The notes under the pieces were generated by a model. The model was not told the origin of the DNA. It saw nothing but the letters and a program-made list of their open reading frames with translations, and searched no databases. From Fidelibacterota bacterium (GTDB lineage Bacteria > Fidelibacterota > Marinisomatia > Marinisomatales > TCS56), in NCBI GenBank assembly GCA_043822705.1, contig JBDRBK010000046.1, forward strand, positions 1 through 20,134: a stretch of 20,134 nucleotides of DNA, read 5' to 3'. Positions 1 to 7,657 of this stretch are shown here, piece by piece (position 1 is the stretch's first letter; each line of letters begins with the position of its first letter). The translations under genes were made by a program, and so were the position numbers.

Positions 1-396
1 CTTGACGTCCTTGATCTTGGCCTTGATCAGCGTCAGGAAATCCATCGCGTCCAGTTCTTCTTCGCCGCGGGCCTTGCGCTGGGCGTTCAGGGCCGTTTTC
101 AGGAAATACATATTGTTGACGCCGGGGATCACCACCGGGTATTGGAAGCTCATGAAAATACCTTCCCGGGCCCGGTCTTCGGGGCTCAGATCCAGCAGGT
201 TACGGCCGTTCCAGGTGATCGAACCGCGGGTCACTGTATAACCTTCCCGCCCGGAGATTACGTTGGACAGGGTGCTTTTCCCGGAACCGTTGCGGCCCAT
301 GATGGCGTGCAGCTCCCCCGGTTTTATTGACAGGTTAATCCCTTTCAAGATTTCCTTGTCTTCGACGTTGACGTGTAAATTTTTAATCTCAATCAT
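1..396 (-). CDS. sufC: Fe-S cluster assembly ATPase SufC, truncated at its 3' end by the window edge
   Basis: Not in the ORF track because no stop lies in the window. Manual translation from ATG at 396 gives MIEIKNLHVNVEDKEILKGINLSIKPGELHAIMGRNGSGKSTLSNVISGRE...GIFMSFQYPVVIPGVNNMYFLKTALNAQRKARG. It has the Walker A motif GRNGSGKS, the SufC-typical FQYPxxIPGV, an upstream AAGGA SD, and follows sufB. Confidence 0.96.
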   Translation of the reverse strand, partial: MIEIKNLHVNVEDKEILKGINLSIKPGELHAIMGRNGSGKSTLSNVISGREGYTVTRGSITWNGRNLLDLSPEDRAREGIFMSFQYPVVIPGVNNMYFLKTALNAQRKARGEEELDAMDFLTLIKAKIKDVK

Positions 397-418
397 TGTA
401 AGTCCTTATAAAAAGATT

Positions 419-499
419 GCCGCAGAGGCGCAGAGATCGCAGAGCAGATTTTGAATTTTAATATGTTGTTATTCTCTGTATTCTCTGTGGCTCCGTGGC
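419..499. repeat. Intergenic imperfect inverted-repeat element (CAGAG/CTCTG-type), copy 1
   Basis: Left arm GCCGCAGAGGCGCAGAGATCGCAGAG (419-444). The right arm (474-499) reverse-complements to GCCACGGAGCCACAGAGAATACAGAG. AT-rich spacer between arms. Confidence 0.8.
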
Positions 500-505
500 T
501 AATAA

Positions 506-1948
506 TCATCCCACGCTGCCTTCCAGGCTCACTTCCAGCAGTTTCTGGGCTTCCACGGCAAATTCCATGGGCAGTTTCTGGAAGACGTTTTTGCAGAAAC
601 CGTGGACGATCATCGACACGGCGTCTTCGGTGGAAATACCGCGCTGCCGGCAATAGAACAACTGATCCTCGCTGATCTTGGATGTGGAGGCCTCGTGCTC
701 GACCTGGGCCGACTGGTTGCGTACATCCAGATAGGGGAAGGTGTGGGCGCCGCATTTATCGCCGATCAGGATCGAATCACACTGGGAGTAGTTACGGGCG
801 TTTTCGGCGCTCTTGTTGATCTGTACCAGTCCGCGGTAGACGTTCTGACCGTGCCCGGCGGAAATGCCGTTGGAAATAATCGTGCTTTTGGTATTCTTGC
901 CGATGTGGATCATCTTGGTACCGGTGTCGGCCTGCTGGTAATTATTGGTCAGGGCCACCGAATAAAACTCGCCTACGGAATTGTCGCCCTTCAAAATGCA
1001 ACTGGGGTACTTCCAGGTGATGGCGGAACCGGTCTCGACCTGGGTCCAGCTAATCTTGGAATTTTCCTCTTTGCAAATGCCGCGCTTGGTGACAAAATTA
1101 TAGATGCCGCCTTTACCGTTCTCATCGCCGGGGTACCAGTTCTGGACAGTGGAGTACTTTATCTGGGCATCCTTGTGGGCCACCAGTTCCACCACCGCGG
1201 CGTGGAGCTGATTCTCGTCGCGCATCGGCGCCGTGCAGCCTTCCAGGTAGCTGACGTGGCTGGCCGCAGCAGCCACGATCAGGGTGCGCTCGAACTGGCC
1301 GGTCTGGCTGGCGTTGATCCGGAAATACGTCGATAATTCCAGCGGACAGCGCACGCCTTTGGGGATGTACACGAAGGAGCCGTCGCTGAAGACGGCGGAA
1401 TTGAGGGTGGCGAAATAATTATCGGTGTAGGGCACCACCGAACCGAGGTATTTCTCGATCAGGTCCGGATGCTGATGCACCGCTTCGGAGAACGGCATGA
1501 AAATCACGCCGTATTTCTTCAGCTCATCCTTGAAGGTGGTGGCGACGGAAACCGAATCGAAGACCGCATCCACGGCCACACTGGCCAGCATTTTCTGCTC
1601 GTGCAAAGGGATACCCAGCTTGGTGTAAGTTTCCAGCAGCTTGGGATCAACTTCATTGAGGCTCTGCAATTCTTTACGCTGTTTGGGCGCGGCGTAATAG
1701 CTGATGGCGTTATAATCGATGGGCGGGTAGTGCAGCTTGGCCCAGTCCGGTTCCTTCATCGTCAGCCAGTGGCGGTAGGCCTTCAGGCGCCAGTTCAGCA
1801 AAAATTCCGGTTCGTTTTTCTTGGCCGAAATCAGGCGCACAACATCCTCATTCAGACCCGGCGGAATTTTATCCTGTTCGATGTCGGTGATGAAGCCGTA
1901 CTTGTATTTCTGGTCGGCCGCCTTGTGAATGATGTCGATATCGCTCAT
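506..1948 (-). CDS. sufB: Fe-S cluster assembly scaffold SufB
   Basis: 480 aa with SufB motifs [77 protein letters not shown] and a C-terminal LEGSVG. Confidence 0.98.
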   Translation of the reverse strand: MSDIDIIHKAADQKYKYGFITDIEQDKIPPGLNEDVVRLISAKKNEPEFLLNWRLKAYRHWLTMKEPDWAKLHYPPIDYNAISYYAAPKQRKELQSLNEVDPKLLETYTKLGIPLHEQKMLASVAVDAVFDSVSVATTFKDELKKYGVIFMPFSEAVHQHPDLIEKYLGSVVPYTDNYFATLNSAVFSDGSFVYIPKGVRCPLELSTYFRINASQTGQFERTLIVAAAASHVSYLEGCTAPMRDENQLHAAVVELVAHKDAQIKYSTVQNWYPGDENGKGGIYNFVTKRGICKEENSKISWTQVETGSAITWKYPSCILKGDNSVGEFYSVALTNNYQQADTGTKMIHIGKNTKSTIISNGISAGHGQNVYRGLVQINKSAENARNYSQCDSILIGDKCGAHTFPYLDVRNQSAQVEHEASTSKISEDQLFYCRQRGISTEDAVSMIVHGFCKNVFQKLPMEFAVEAQKLLEVSLEGSVG

Positions 1949-1955
1949 CGTTTTA

Positions 1956-2088
1956 GCCGCGGAGACGCAGAGTCCGCAGAGATAATAAATTGATTGAATG
2001 ATTCAGTGGTCAGCATGTCAGCTCGTCTAATGGAAAATTTTCTTACCATTATAAATTGTTTTCTCAGTGCCCTCTGTGCCTCTGTGGC
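1956..2088. repeat. Intergenic imperfect inverted-repeat element (CAGAG/CTCTG-type), copy 2
   Basis: Left arm GCCGCGGAGACGCAGAGTCCGCAGAG (1956-1981). The right arm (2063-2088) reverse-complements to GCCACAGAGGCACAGAGGGCACTGAG. Same family as 419-499. Confidence 0.8.
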
Positions 2089-2096
2089 GAAATGGA

Positions 2097-2495
2097 TCAT
2101 TGCATGACCTCGGCCAGGGTCACGTTGGAAAAAACGGTTTTCATGGTATCGTTGATGCGGTGGATCGGCGTGCGGATCGTGCAGGTTCTCTGTTGATCGC
2201 AGCCCTTGTCGATCGAGCAATCGGTGAGGGCTACCGGGCCTTCCAGCATTTCCATAAAATCGGCCAGGCAGACCGTCGCCAGATCGGCCTTCAGGCGGTA
2301 GCCGCCGTGGGGCCCCTGAACGGTCTCAACGAGTCCTTCCCGAGCCAGTAGCTGGAGCGTTTTGGCCAGCAGTTCACCGGGAATATTGTAGGTGCCGGCA
2401 ATCTCCTTCGAGCTGGTCAGTTCTCCGGCGGCTTTGCCGTGCAGGTGGCGCAGGGCCATCAGGGCATATTCGGTTTTGCGTGATAATTTCAGCAT
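2097..2495 (-). CDS. Rrf2-family, IscR-like Fe-S-sensing transcriptional regulator
   Basis: MLKLSRKTEYALMAL...IAGTYNIPGELLAKTLQLLAREGLVETVQGPHGGYRL is an Rrf2 winged HTH. The C-terminal C-x5-C-x5-C-x6-H pattern (DCSIDKGCDQQRTCTIRTPIH) resembles IscR cluster ligands. ATG 2495 is preferred over ATG 2516 because 2516 is only 2 nt from the predicted -10. Confidence 0.92.
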   Translation of the reverse strand: MLKLSRKTEYALMALRHLHGKAAGELTSSKEIAGTYNIPGELLAKTLQLLAREGLVETVQGPHGGYRLKADLATVCLADFMEMLEGPVALTDCSIDKGCDQQRTCTIRTPIHRINDTMKTVFSNVTLAEVMQ

Positions 2496-2517
2496 ATACG
2501 ACTTCTTTAGTCGCATT
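2494..2517. promoter_or_regulatory. IscR-type operator box, proximal
   Basis: Minus strand AATGCGACTAAAGAAGTCGTATAT, an imperfect palindrome with a CGACT-N5-AGTCG core. It overlaps the predicted transcription start and the start codon. Confidence 0.7.
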
Positions 2518-2518
2518 A

Positions 2519-2548
2519 AACTTAAAAAGGCTGAATAATCGGGTGCAA
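2519..2548 (-). promoter_or_regulatory. Putative sigma70-type promoter of rrf2-sufBC
   Basis: TTGCAC (2548-2543), 18-nt spacer, TAAGTT (2524-2519). It lies between the two operator boxes. Confidence 0.5.
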
Positions 2549-2554
2549 GAACTA

Positions 2555-2578
2555 ATTACGACTTAATTGGTCGGGTAT
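2555..2578. promoter_or_regulatory. IscR-type operator box, distal
   Basis: Minus strand ATACCCGACCAATTAAGTCGTAAT, which resembles the type-1 IscR site pattern ATAxxxGACt-N5-AGTC. Confidence 0.72.
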
Positions 2579-2595
2579 AAAGGAATGTACTAGTA

Positions 2596-2658
2596 TGTCA
2601 TGCTGAGCGTGTCGAAGCATGATTTTAATAATCACCCTTCGACGGGATCAGGGTGACA
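2596..2658. repeat. REP-like double-hairpin element (TGTCA...TCGAAG type), copy 1
   Basis: TGTCATGCTGAGCGTGTCGAAGCATGA, spacer, TCACCCTTCGACGGGATCAGGGTGACA. Each arm is self-complementary and the two arms are inverted homologues. Confidence 0.85.
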
Positions 2659-2726
2659 TACTGGAAAAAATGGTAAATGCTGAAAATATTTTAAATCAAT
2701 TTCAGTGTATTCAGTGTCTTTCGTGG

Positions 2727-3965
2727 TCACCCGTATTTCTTCACCAGCAAACTCACATTCCCGCCGCCGAAGCCGAAGGAATTGCTCAGTGCCGCGCCGA
2801 TCTTGATTTCCTGCGCCGTGTTAGGCACATAATCGAAGGGGCAGTCCGGGTCGGGGGTCCGGTAATTGATGGTGGGGTGGGCGGTCTGGAGTTGCAGGCA
2901 CAGGCAGAGCGCCACGAATTCCACCGAGCCGGACCCGGCCATCAGGTGGCCGATCATCGATTTGGTGGAACTGATTTTCAGTTTCCTGGCGTGGTCGCCG
3001 AAAACCCTGGCAACCGCCGCCGATTCGCGCTGATCATTCAATACCGTTGACGTGCCATGGGCGTTGATATAATCGATATCCTCTGGTTGCAGCCCGGCGT
3101 CTTTGATGGCGTTCTGCATTACCCGGATCATGCCGTCGCTTTCGGGATGGGGGGCGGTGAAATGGTAGGCGTCGGCGGTGTTGCCGTAACCGGCCAGCTC
3201 GCCGTAAATCTTGGCGCCCCGCTTCCGGGCGTGATCCAGTGTTTCCAGCACCACCAGTCCGCTGCCCTCGCCCATGACGAAACCGTCACGGTCCTTGTCG
3301 AAGGGTCGGCTGGCGCAGGCGGGGTCGGTACTGGCGGACATGGAACGGGTGGCGCAGAAACCGCCGTAGGCCAGTTTGTCGATGCAGGCTTCGGCGCTGC
3401 CGGCCAACATGATATCGGCATCGCCGTGCTGCAGGACCCGCAGAGCGTCGCCGATGGCATTGCCACCGGTGGAACAGGCTACCGAGGGAGCGGAGATCGG
3501 ACCCTTCAGGCCATAGCGGATCGATATCATGGCGGCGGCCATGTTAATCAATAATTTGGAAACGAAAAACGGATTCAGCCCTTTGGGACCTTTGGTGCCC
3601 AGGATATCGTAGCCTTCCTCAATCGTTTTCGAACCACCGATCCCGGAGCCGACATGGATGCCGAAGCGGTTGCCGTCGTAATCATAATCGATCAACCCGG
3701 CGTCTTCCAGGGCCATGGCGGCGGCGGAGACGGCGAACTGGGTGAACCGGTCCATACGGGCGGCGGTCTTGGGCTCGATCCATTTTTCCGGATTAAAATC
3801 GTGGATTTCCGCAGCCAGTTGCGAGCGGAAATCGCCGGCATCAAAAGTGGTGACAAACCCGATGCCGTTGCGGCCGGATTTCAGCCCCTGCCAGAATTCA
3901 GTAGTGCCGATGCCGATTGGCGAAACGACCCCCAGGCCGGTGATAACAACGCGATTCTGCTGCAT
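2727..3965 (-). CDS. fabF: Beta-ketoacyl-ACP synthase II (KAS II)
   Basis: 412 aa. RVVITGLGVVSPIG N-terminus, catalytic Cys in ACSTG, His in NAHGTST and KSMIGHL, SRPFDKDRDGFVMGEG, and C-terminal SNSFGFGG. Confidence 0.95.
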   Translation of the reverse strand: MQQNRVVITGLGVVSPIGIGTTEFWQGLKSGRNGIGFVTTFDAGDFRSQLAAEIHDFNPEKWIEPKTAARMDRFTQFAVSAAAMALEDAGLIDYDYDGNRFGIHVGSGIGGSKTIEEGYDILGTKGPKGLNPFFVSKLLINMAAAMISIRYGLKGPISAPSVACSTGGNAIGDALRVLQHGDADIMLAGSAEACIDKLAYGGFCATRSMSASTDPACASRPFDKDRDGFVMGEGSGLVVLETLDHARKRGAKIYGELAGYGNTADAYHFTAPHPESDGMIRVMQNAIKDAGLQPEDIDYINAHGTSTVLNDQRESAAVARVFGDHARKLKISSTKSMIGHLMAGSGSVEFVALCLCLQLQTAHPTINYRTPDPDCPFDYVPNTAQEIKIGAALSNSFGFGGGNVSLLVKKYG

Positions 3966-4031
3966 GACGATACCTTTTGTGATATTATAAGTCCCGGGAA
4001 AATTTACTCAATTACTCTGATTCGCGAAGAA

Positions 4032-4616
4032 CTAATATCCCGATTTATCGGAAAAATCGCTGAACCAGTTCCATAGGTCATCCATTTCCCGCTTGTGGTC
4101 TTTTTTAAGTTGCTGCATCACCCGGGCATTCTGGATCGCCACGCCACCCTGTTCGGCGATCGCTGTCATGAACTCGATTTCGTGGCTCGAAAAATCCCGC
4201 ACCTTGGAATCGTAGAACCGCAAAACGCCGATGATCTCATCTTTGAAGATGATCGGGATCGACAGCAGGGCGGCAATCCCTTCCTTTTTACAGGCGTCGG
4301 GGTACTGGAGTTGATCATCCTTGGAAATGTCAGGGACGATCACCGGCTGGCCGGTTTTCAGCGCCCGAGGCAAGGATTTATCAGCCGATACGGGACCCTT
4401 ATTCAGAAATTCTGCACTCAGATTTAAATGAGCGATCATCTCCAGCCGGTTGGCGCCTTTATTCCAGAGACTGATGGCGCCGGCTTTCAGGTCTAACGTT
4501 TCGATCGTGTTGAACAGAATCCGGTCCAGAACCTTGTGCAACTTGAGGGTCGAGCTGATGGCCTTGCTGATATCGGCAAAAGCCCGGAAATAATTCAAAC
4601 TGATGTTAGCGGTCAT
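4032..4616 (-). CDS. Stand-alone GAF-domain protein with a C-terminal coiled-coil tail
   Basis: 194 aa: ISKAISSTLKLHKVLDRI...LSAEFLNKGPV...LQYPDACKKEGIAALLSIPIIFKDEIIGVLRFYD...EIEFMTAIAEQGGVAIQNAR. GGAGG SD upstream. No output domain. Confidence 0.9.
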   Translation of the reverse strand: MTANISLNYFRAFADISKAISSTLKLHKVLDRILFNTIETLDLKAGAISLWNKGANRLEMIAHLNLSAEFLNKGPVSADKSLPRALKTGQPVIVPDISKDDQLQYPDACKKEGIAALLSIPIIFKDEIIGVLRFYDSKVRDFSSHEIEFMTAIAEQGGVAIQNARVMQQLKKDHKREMDDLWNWFSDFSDKSGY

Positions 4617-4640
4617 TCTACCTCCGGTATGGTTTTAATT

Positions 4641-4669
4641 ATTATAACCCCCGAGAGTTGAATTGTCAA
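4641..4669 (-). promoter_or_regulatory. Perfect-consensus sigma70 promoter upstream of the GAF gene
   Basis: Minus strand TTGACA (4669-4664), 17-nt spacer, TATAAT (4646-4641), followed by the GGAGG SD and ATG 4616. Confidence 0.85.
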
Positions 4670-4712
4670 GATATGCACAGAAGTACTGATTGATGAGTAA
4701 TAAGTACAGGGT

Positions 4713-4740
4713 TCGTTACAACACTCGAGTGTTGTAACGA
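4713..4740. repeat. Perfect 28-bp palindrome
   Basis: TCGTTACAACACTCGAGTGTTGTAACGA equals its own reverse complement. It lies 23 nt downstream of the microprotein stop codon. Confidence 0.85.
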
Positions 4741-4763
4741 TATTGAAAATGTTTGCGACACTG

Positions 4764-4904
4764 CTATTTCGCCGGTTTCTGCTTGATCCGGCGGACGCTG
4801 TTGCTGCTGCATTTGGGGCAGGTTCGTTCCACCAGGACGTTTTTATCGTAGGGCAGGGTGAATTCATGGCCACAATGCAGGCATTTGAATGGTGCTTGTT
4901 CCAT
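4764..4904 (-). CDS. 46-aa zinc-ribbon/rubredoxin-like microprotein (CxxC-x17-CxxC)
   Basis: Manual translation, below the ORF-track size cutoff: MEQAPFKCLHCGHEFTLPYDKNVLVERTCPKCSSNSVRRIKQKPAK* (ATG 4904, TAG 4766-4764). The CxxCGHEF...CPKCxSxxV pattern is typical of FmdB/HypA-like zinc ribbons. Confidence 0.8.
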   Translation of the reverse strand: MEQAPFKCLHCGHEFTLPYDKNVLVERTCPKCSSNSVRRIKQKPAK

Positions 4905-4918
4905 TAGTTAATCTCGTC

Positions 4919-4992
4919 TGTCATGCTGAGCCAGTCGAAGCATGACGAATTACTAATTAATCGTGTCGCCCTTAGACTGGCTCCGGGTGACA
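4919..4992. repeat. REP-like double-hairpin element (TGTCA...TCGAAG type), copy 2
   Basis: TGTCATGCTGAGCCAGTCGAAGCATGAC, spacer, GTCGCCCTTAGACTGGCTCCGGGTGACA. Same orientation and architecture as 2596-2658. Confidence 0.85.
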
Positions 4993-5061
4993 CGGTAATT
5001 TTACTTACATTTTCGATCACTGGTTGAACCGTTGCGCGGTGTAACCAGTTTTACGATTTAG

Positions 5062-7548
5062 TTAGGCTTCCGCCGTGACCGCTATCGTTTTCGGCTTGAG
5101 TTTTTCCTCTTCCTTTTTAGCTGCCTTGGCCTCGGCTTTTTCGCGCTCCCCCTTCAGGACCTGCATTGTATGTTCGACCTCTTCAGCCGTTACCTGTTTA
5201 CGCATTTCTTCCAGGTCGCGCATGGTGCGGGCCCATTTCTGGCCCTCGGCGGCGGAGATCCATTCCAGTTGCAGGCGCTCGGGGCGGATGCCCAGTTTCT
5301 CCAGCTTATCCCACAGTTTCTCGATCCGTTTCACCGTCCAGCGATTGGCGTCGATGTAGTGGCAGTCGGCGAAATGGCAGCCGGAAACCAGCACGATCGG
5401 AGCGCCATTCTCGAAGGCGTGCAGGATGAATTCCGAATCCACCCGGCCGCTGCACATGGTGCGCATGATCCGCTGGGTGGCGGGATACTGGAGCCGCGAC
5501 AATCCCGCCAGGTCGGCGCCGGCATAGGAGCACCAGTTGCAGGCAAAAACCACGACGTTGGCCTGGGGATCTTCTTCCAGCATGGCGTCGATCTGGGCCC
5601 GATACTGGATATTTTCGTAATGCTTCATTATCAGGGCGTCGAAATTGCATTCGGCGGCGCAGGTACCGCAGCCTTTGCACATGGCTTCGATCACCTCGGC
5701 GGGAGTCCCGGCCTTGGCTTCGCCGCCACGGATGGCGTTGAAGGGACAGACCTTGATACAGATGCCGCAGGACGTGCAGAGATCGATATTACAGTGGGAG
5801 GTGATTGCCTCGATACTGATATTGCCGGAATTAAGCAGTACCTGGGCGCGGGCGGCGGCGGCGCTAGCCTGGGTGACGCTATCTTTCACATCCTTGGGAT
5901 ACTCGACACAACCGGCGAAAAAGACACCGCCGGTGGGGGCGTCAACCGGTTTGAGCTTGGGATGCGATTCCATGAAAAAGCCGTCTTCGGTGCGCGACAG
6001 GGTGAACAGCTTGCGGATCAAACCGCTGTCGCGCCGGGGGATCACGCCCACTGACAGGACCACCGTGTCGAATTCATAATCGCGAATTTCGCCGGTCATG
6101 GTATCCTCGGCGATCAGGGTCAGGTTACGACTTTGGGGATCTTCGAAAATTTCACCTGGCAGGCCCCGGATGTACTGCACCCCGGCCTGTTTGCTGCGCA
6201 TAAACAGATCCTCGAAGCCCTTGCCGAAGGCCCGGATATCCATGTAGAATACGGTAATCTCGGTGTCAGGATAGTGATCCTTCAATAACAGGCTGTCCTT
6301 GACCGTATTCATACAGCAGATATTGCTGCAGTAGGGATTGCCCACGGCGCTGTTGGATCGGGAGCCGACACACTGGATGAAGGCGATCCGCTTAGGTGTC
6401 TGGCGGTCGCTGGGCCGGACAAAATGACCTTCGGTGGGGCCGCCGGCGGAGATCAGCCGTTCGAATTCCATACTGGTGATGACATTTTCGAAGCGCGTGT
6501 AGCCGTACTCGTCCATCTCGGTGGGATCGTAGACATCCATGCCGGTGGCGACGATCACCGCCCCGACATTCAGCTTTATGATTTTTTCCTCTTCGTCGAA
6601 ATCGATGCACTGTTTTTCGCAGACATCGGCGCATTTGCCGCAGGCAATCGGGTTGTGTCCCAGGCAGAGCTGGTCATCCAGGATATACACCGATGGCACG
6701 GCCTGGGGGAAGGGCATGTAAATCGCTTTGTGCGAGGAAAAACCCTGCTGGAAGGTATCGGGTCCCACTACCGGGCAGACTTTTTCACATTCGCCGCAGG
6801 CATTGCATTCAGCGACATTGACATAGCGGCGCTTCCGGCGCACGGTCACCTGAAAATTACCGATGTAGCCGGTGACGTCCTGGATTTCGCTATAAGTCAG
6901 GAGATTTATTCGGGGATGTCGACCGACATCCATCATTTTTGGTCCGAGTATTCATATGGAACAATCCATGGTTGGATAGGTCTTGTCCAGCATGGCCATG
7001 ATCCCGCCAATGGATGCCTCCTTTTCGACCAAATGGACCTGATAGCCGGTATCGGCCAGATCCAGGGCTGATTGAATACCGGCCACGCCGCCACCGACCA
7101 CCAGCACTTCGCGCAGGACCGGTATCCGTGCTTCCTGCTGCGGCCGCATGTAGCGGGCGCGGGCCACGGCGATCCGGACCGCATCCCGGGCTTTGCGGGT
7201 GGCGCCGTCCCAGTCATTGAGATGCGCCCAACTGACATGCTCGCGGATGTTGGCCATTTCCATCAAATAGGGATTAAGCCCGGCCTCGGCGACACAGGCC
7301 CGGAAAGTGGTTTCGTGCATCCGCGGCGTGCAGGAGGCCACCACGACCCGGTTCAGGCGCTGTTCCCGGATGTGGCGCTTGATCTCCACCTGTCCCGGTT
7401 CGGCGCAGGTGTATTTATTGACCACGGAACAGACCACATCGGGCAGCGTGGCGGCGTAGTCGCTGACCTGCCGGCAATCCAGCGACCCGGCGATGTTTTT
7501 GCCGCATTCGCAGACAAAAACACCGATTCTCAGACCGTCATCGTTCAT
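5062..7548 (-). CDS. hdrA: Selenocysteine-containing HdrA (heterodisulfide reductase A-like flavoprotein) fused to a C-terminal MvhD domain; 828 aa with Sec199
   Basis: ORFs 6952-7548 and 5062-6936 are in one frame, joined by TGA (6954-6952) in LDKTYPTMDCSI-U-ILGPKMMDVGRHP, the conserved HdrA DCSxCIL motif. Other motifs: RIGVFVCECG, VVVASCTPRMHE, FAD motif GGGVAG, ferredoxin motifs, EFERL, FIQCVGSR...YCSNICCMNTVK, and the MvhD domain FACNWCSYAGAD...MCSGRV...GCHFADCHY...LEWISAAEG. Confidence 0.95.
6914..6931 (-). promoter_or_regulatory. Putative bacterial SECIS hairpin of hdrA
   Basis: mRNA GGAUGUC-GGUC-GACAUCC, a perfect 7-bp stem with a G-initiated loop starting 20 nt after the UGA. A possible lower stem is UACUCGG/CCGAAUA. 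Confidence 0.8.
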
Positions 7549-7579
7549 TCAACGCTCCTTTTTATTGGTTGACTCCTTG

Positions 7580-7652
7580 GACACGGAGGATACTATGGTC
7601 ACAAGTTCCGTTATCTGGTTTATTTTATGCTCCCGTGTAATCCTGGTGTCTG
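7580..7652. repeat. Degenerate intergenic inverted repeat between the hdrD-like gene and hdrA
   Basis: GGACACGGAGGATAC near 7580 versus GTAATCCTGGTGTCTG near 7637-7652 (reverse complement CAGACACCAGGATTAC). Confidence 0.45.
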
Positions 7653-7657
7653 GGCGT

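Noticed and set aside
4613..4873. 86-aa ORF from the track
   Set aside because: Low-complexity translation that runs across the palindrome and the GAF promoter and overlaps the better-supported 46-aa CxxC ORF in another frame.
419..4992. CRISPR array interpretation of the short repeats
   Set aside because: The repeats are dispersed inverted pairs, not regularly spaced direct repeats with unique spacers, and no cas genes are present.
5019..5053. Intrinsic terminator after hdrA (ACTGGTT...CCG-TTGCG-CGG...AACCAGT hairpin)
   Set aside because: The hairpin is real but imperfect, and its short T-run is on the plus strand, opposite to hdrA transcription. Function is not assignable.
5062..7548. hdrA as a split gene, nonsense pseudogene or frameshift (including ORF 6933-7238)
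   Set aside because: Both parts are in one frame, the TGA replaces a conserved Cys, a SECIS-like hairpin follows and Sec-SelD is nearby. ORF 6933-7238 is an off-frame by-product.
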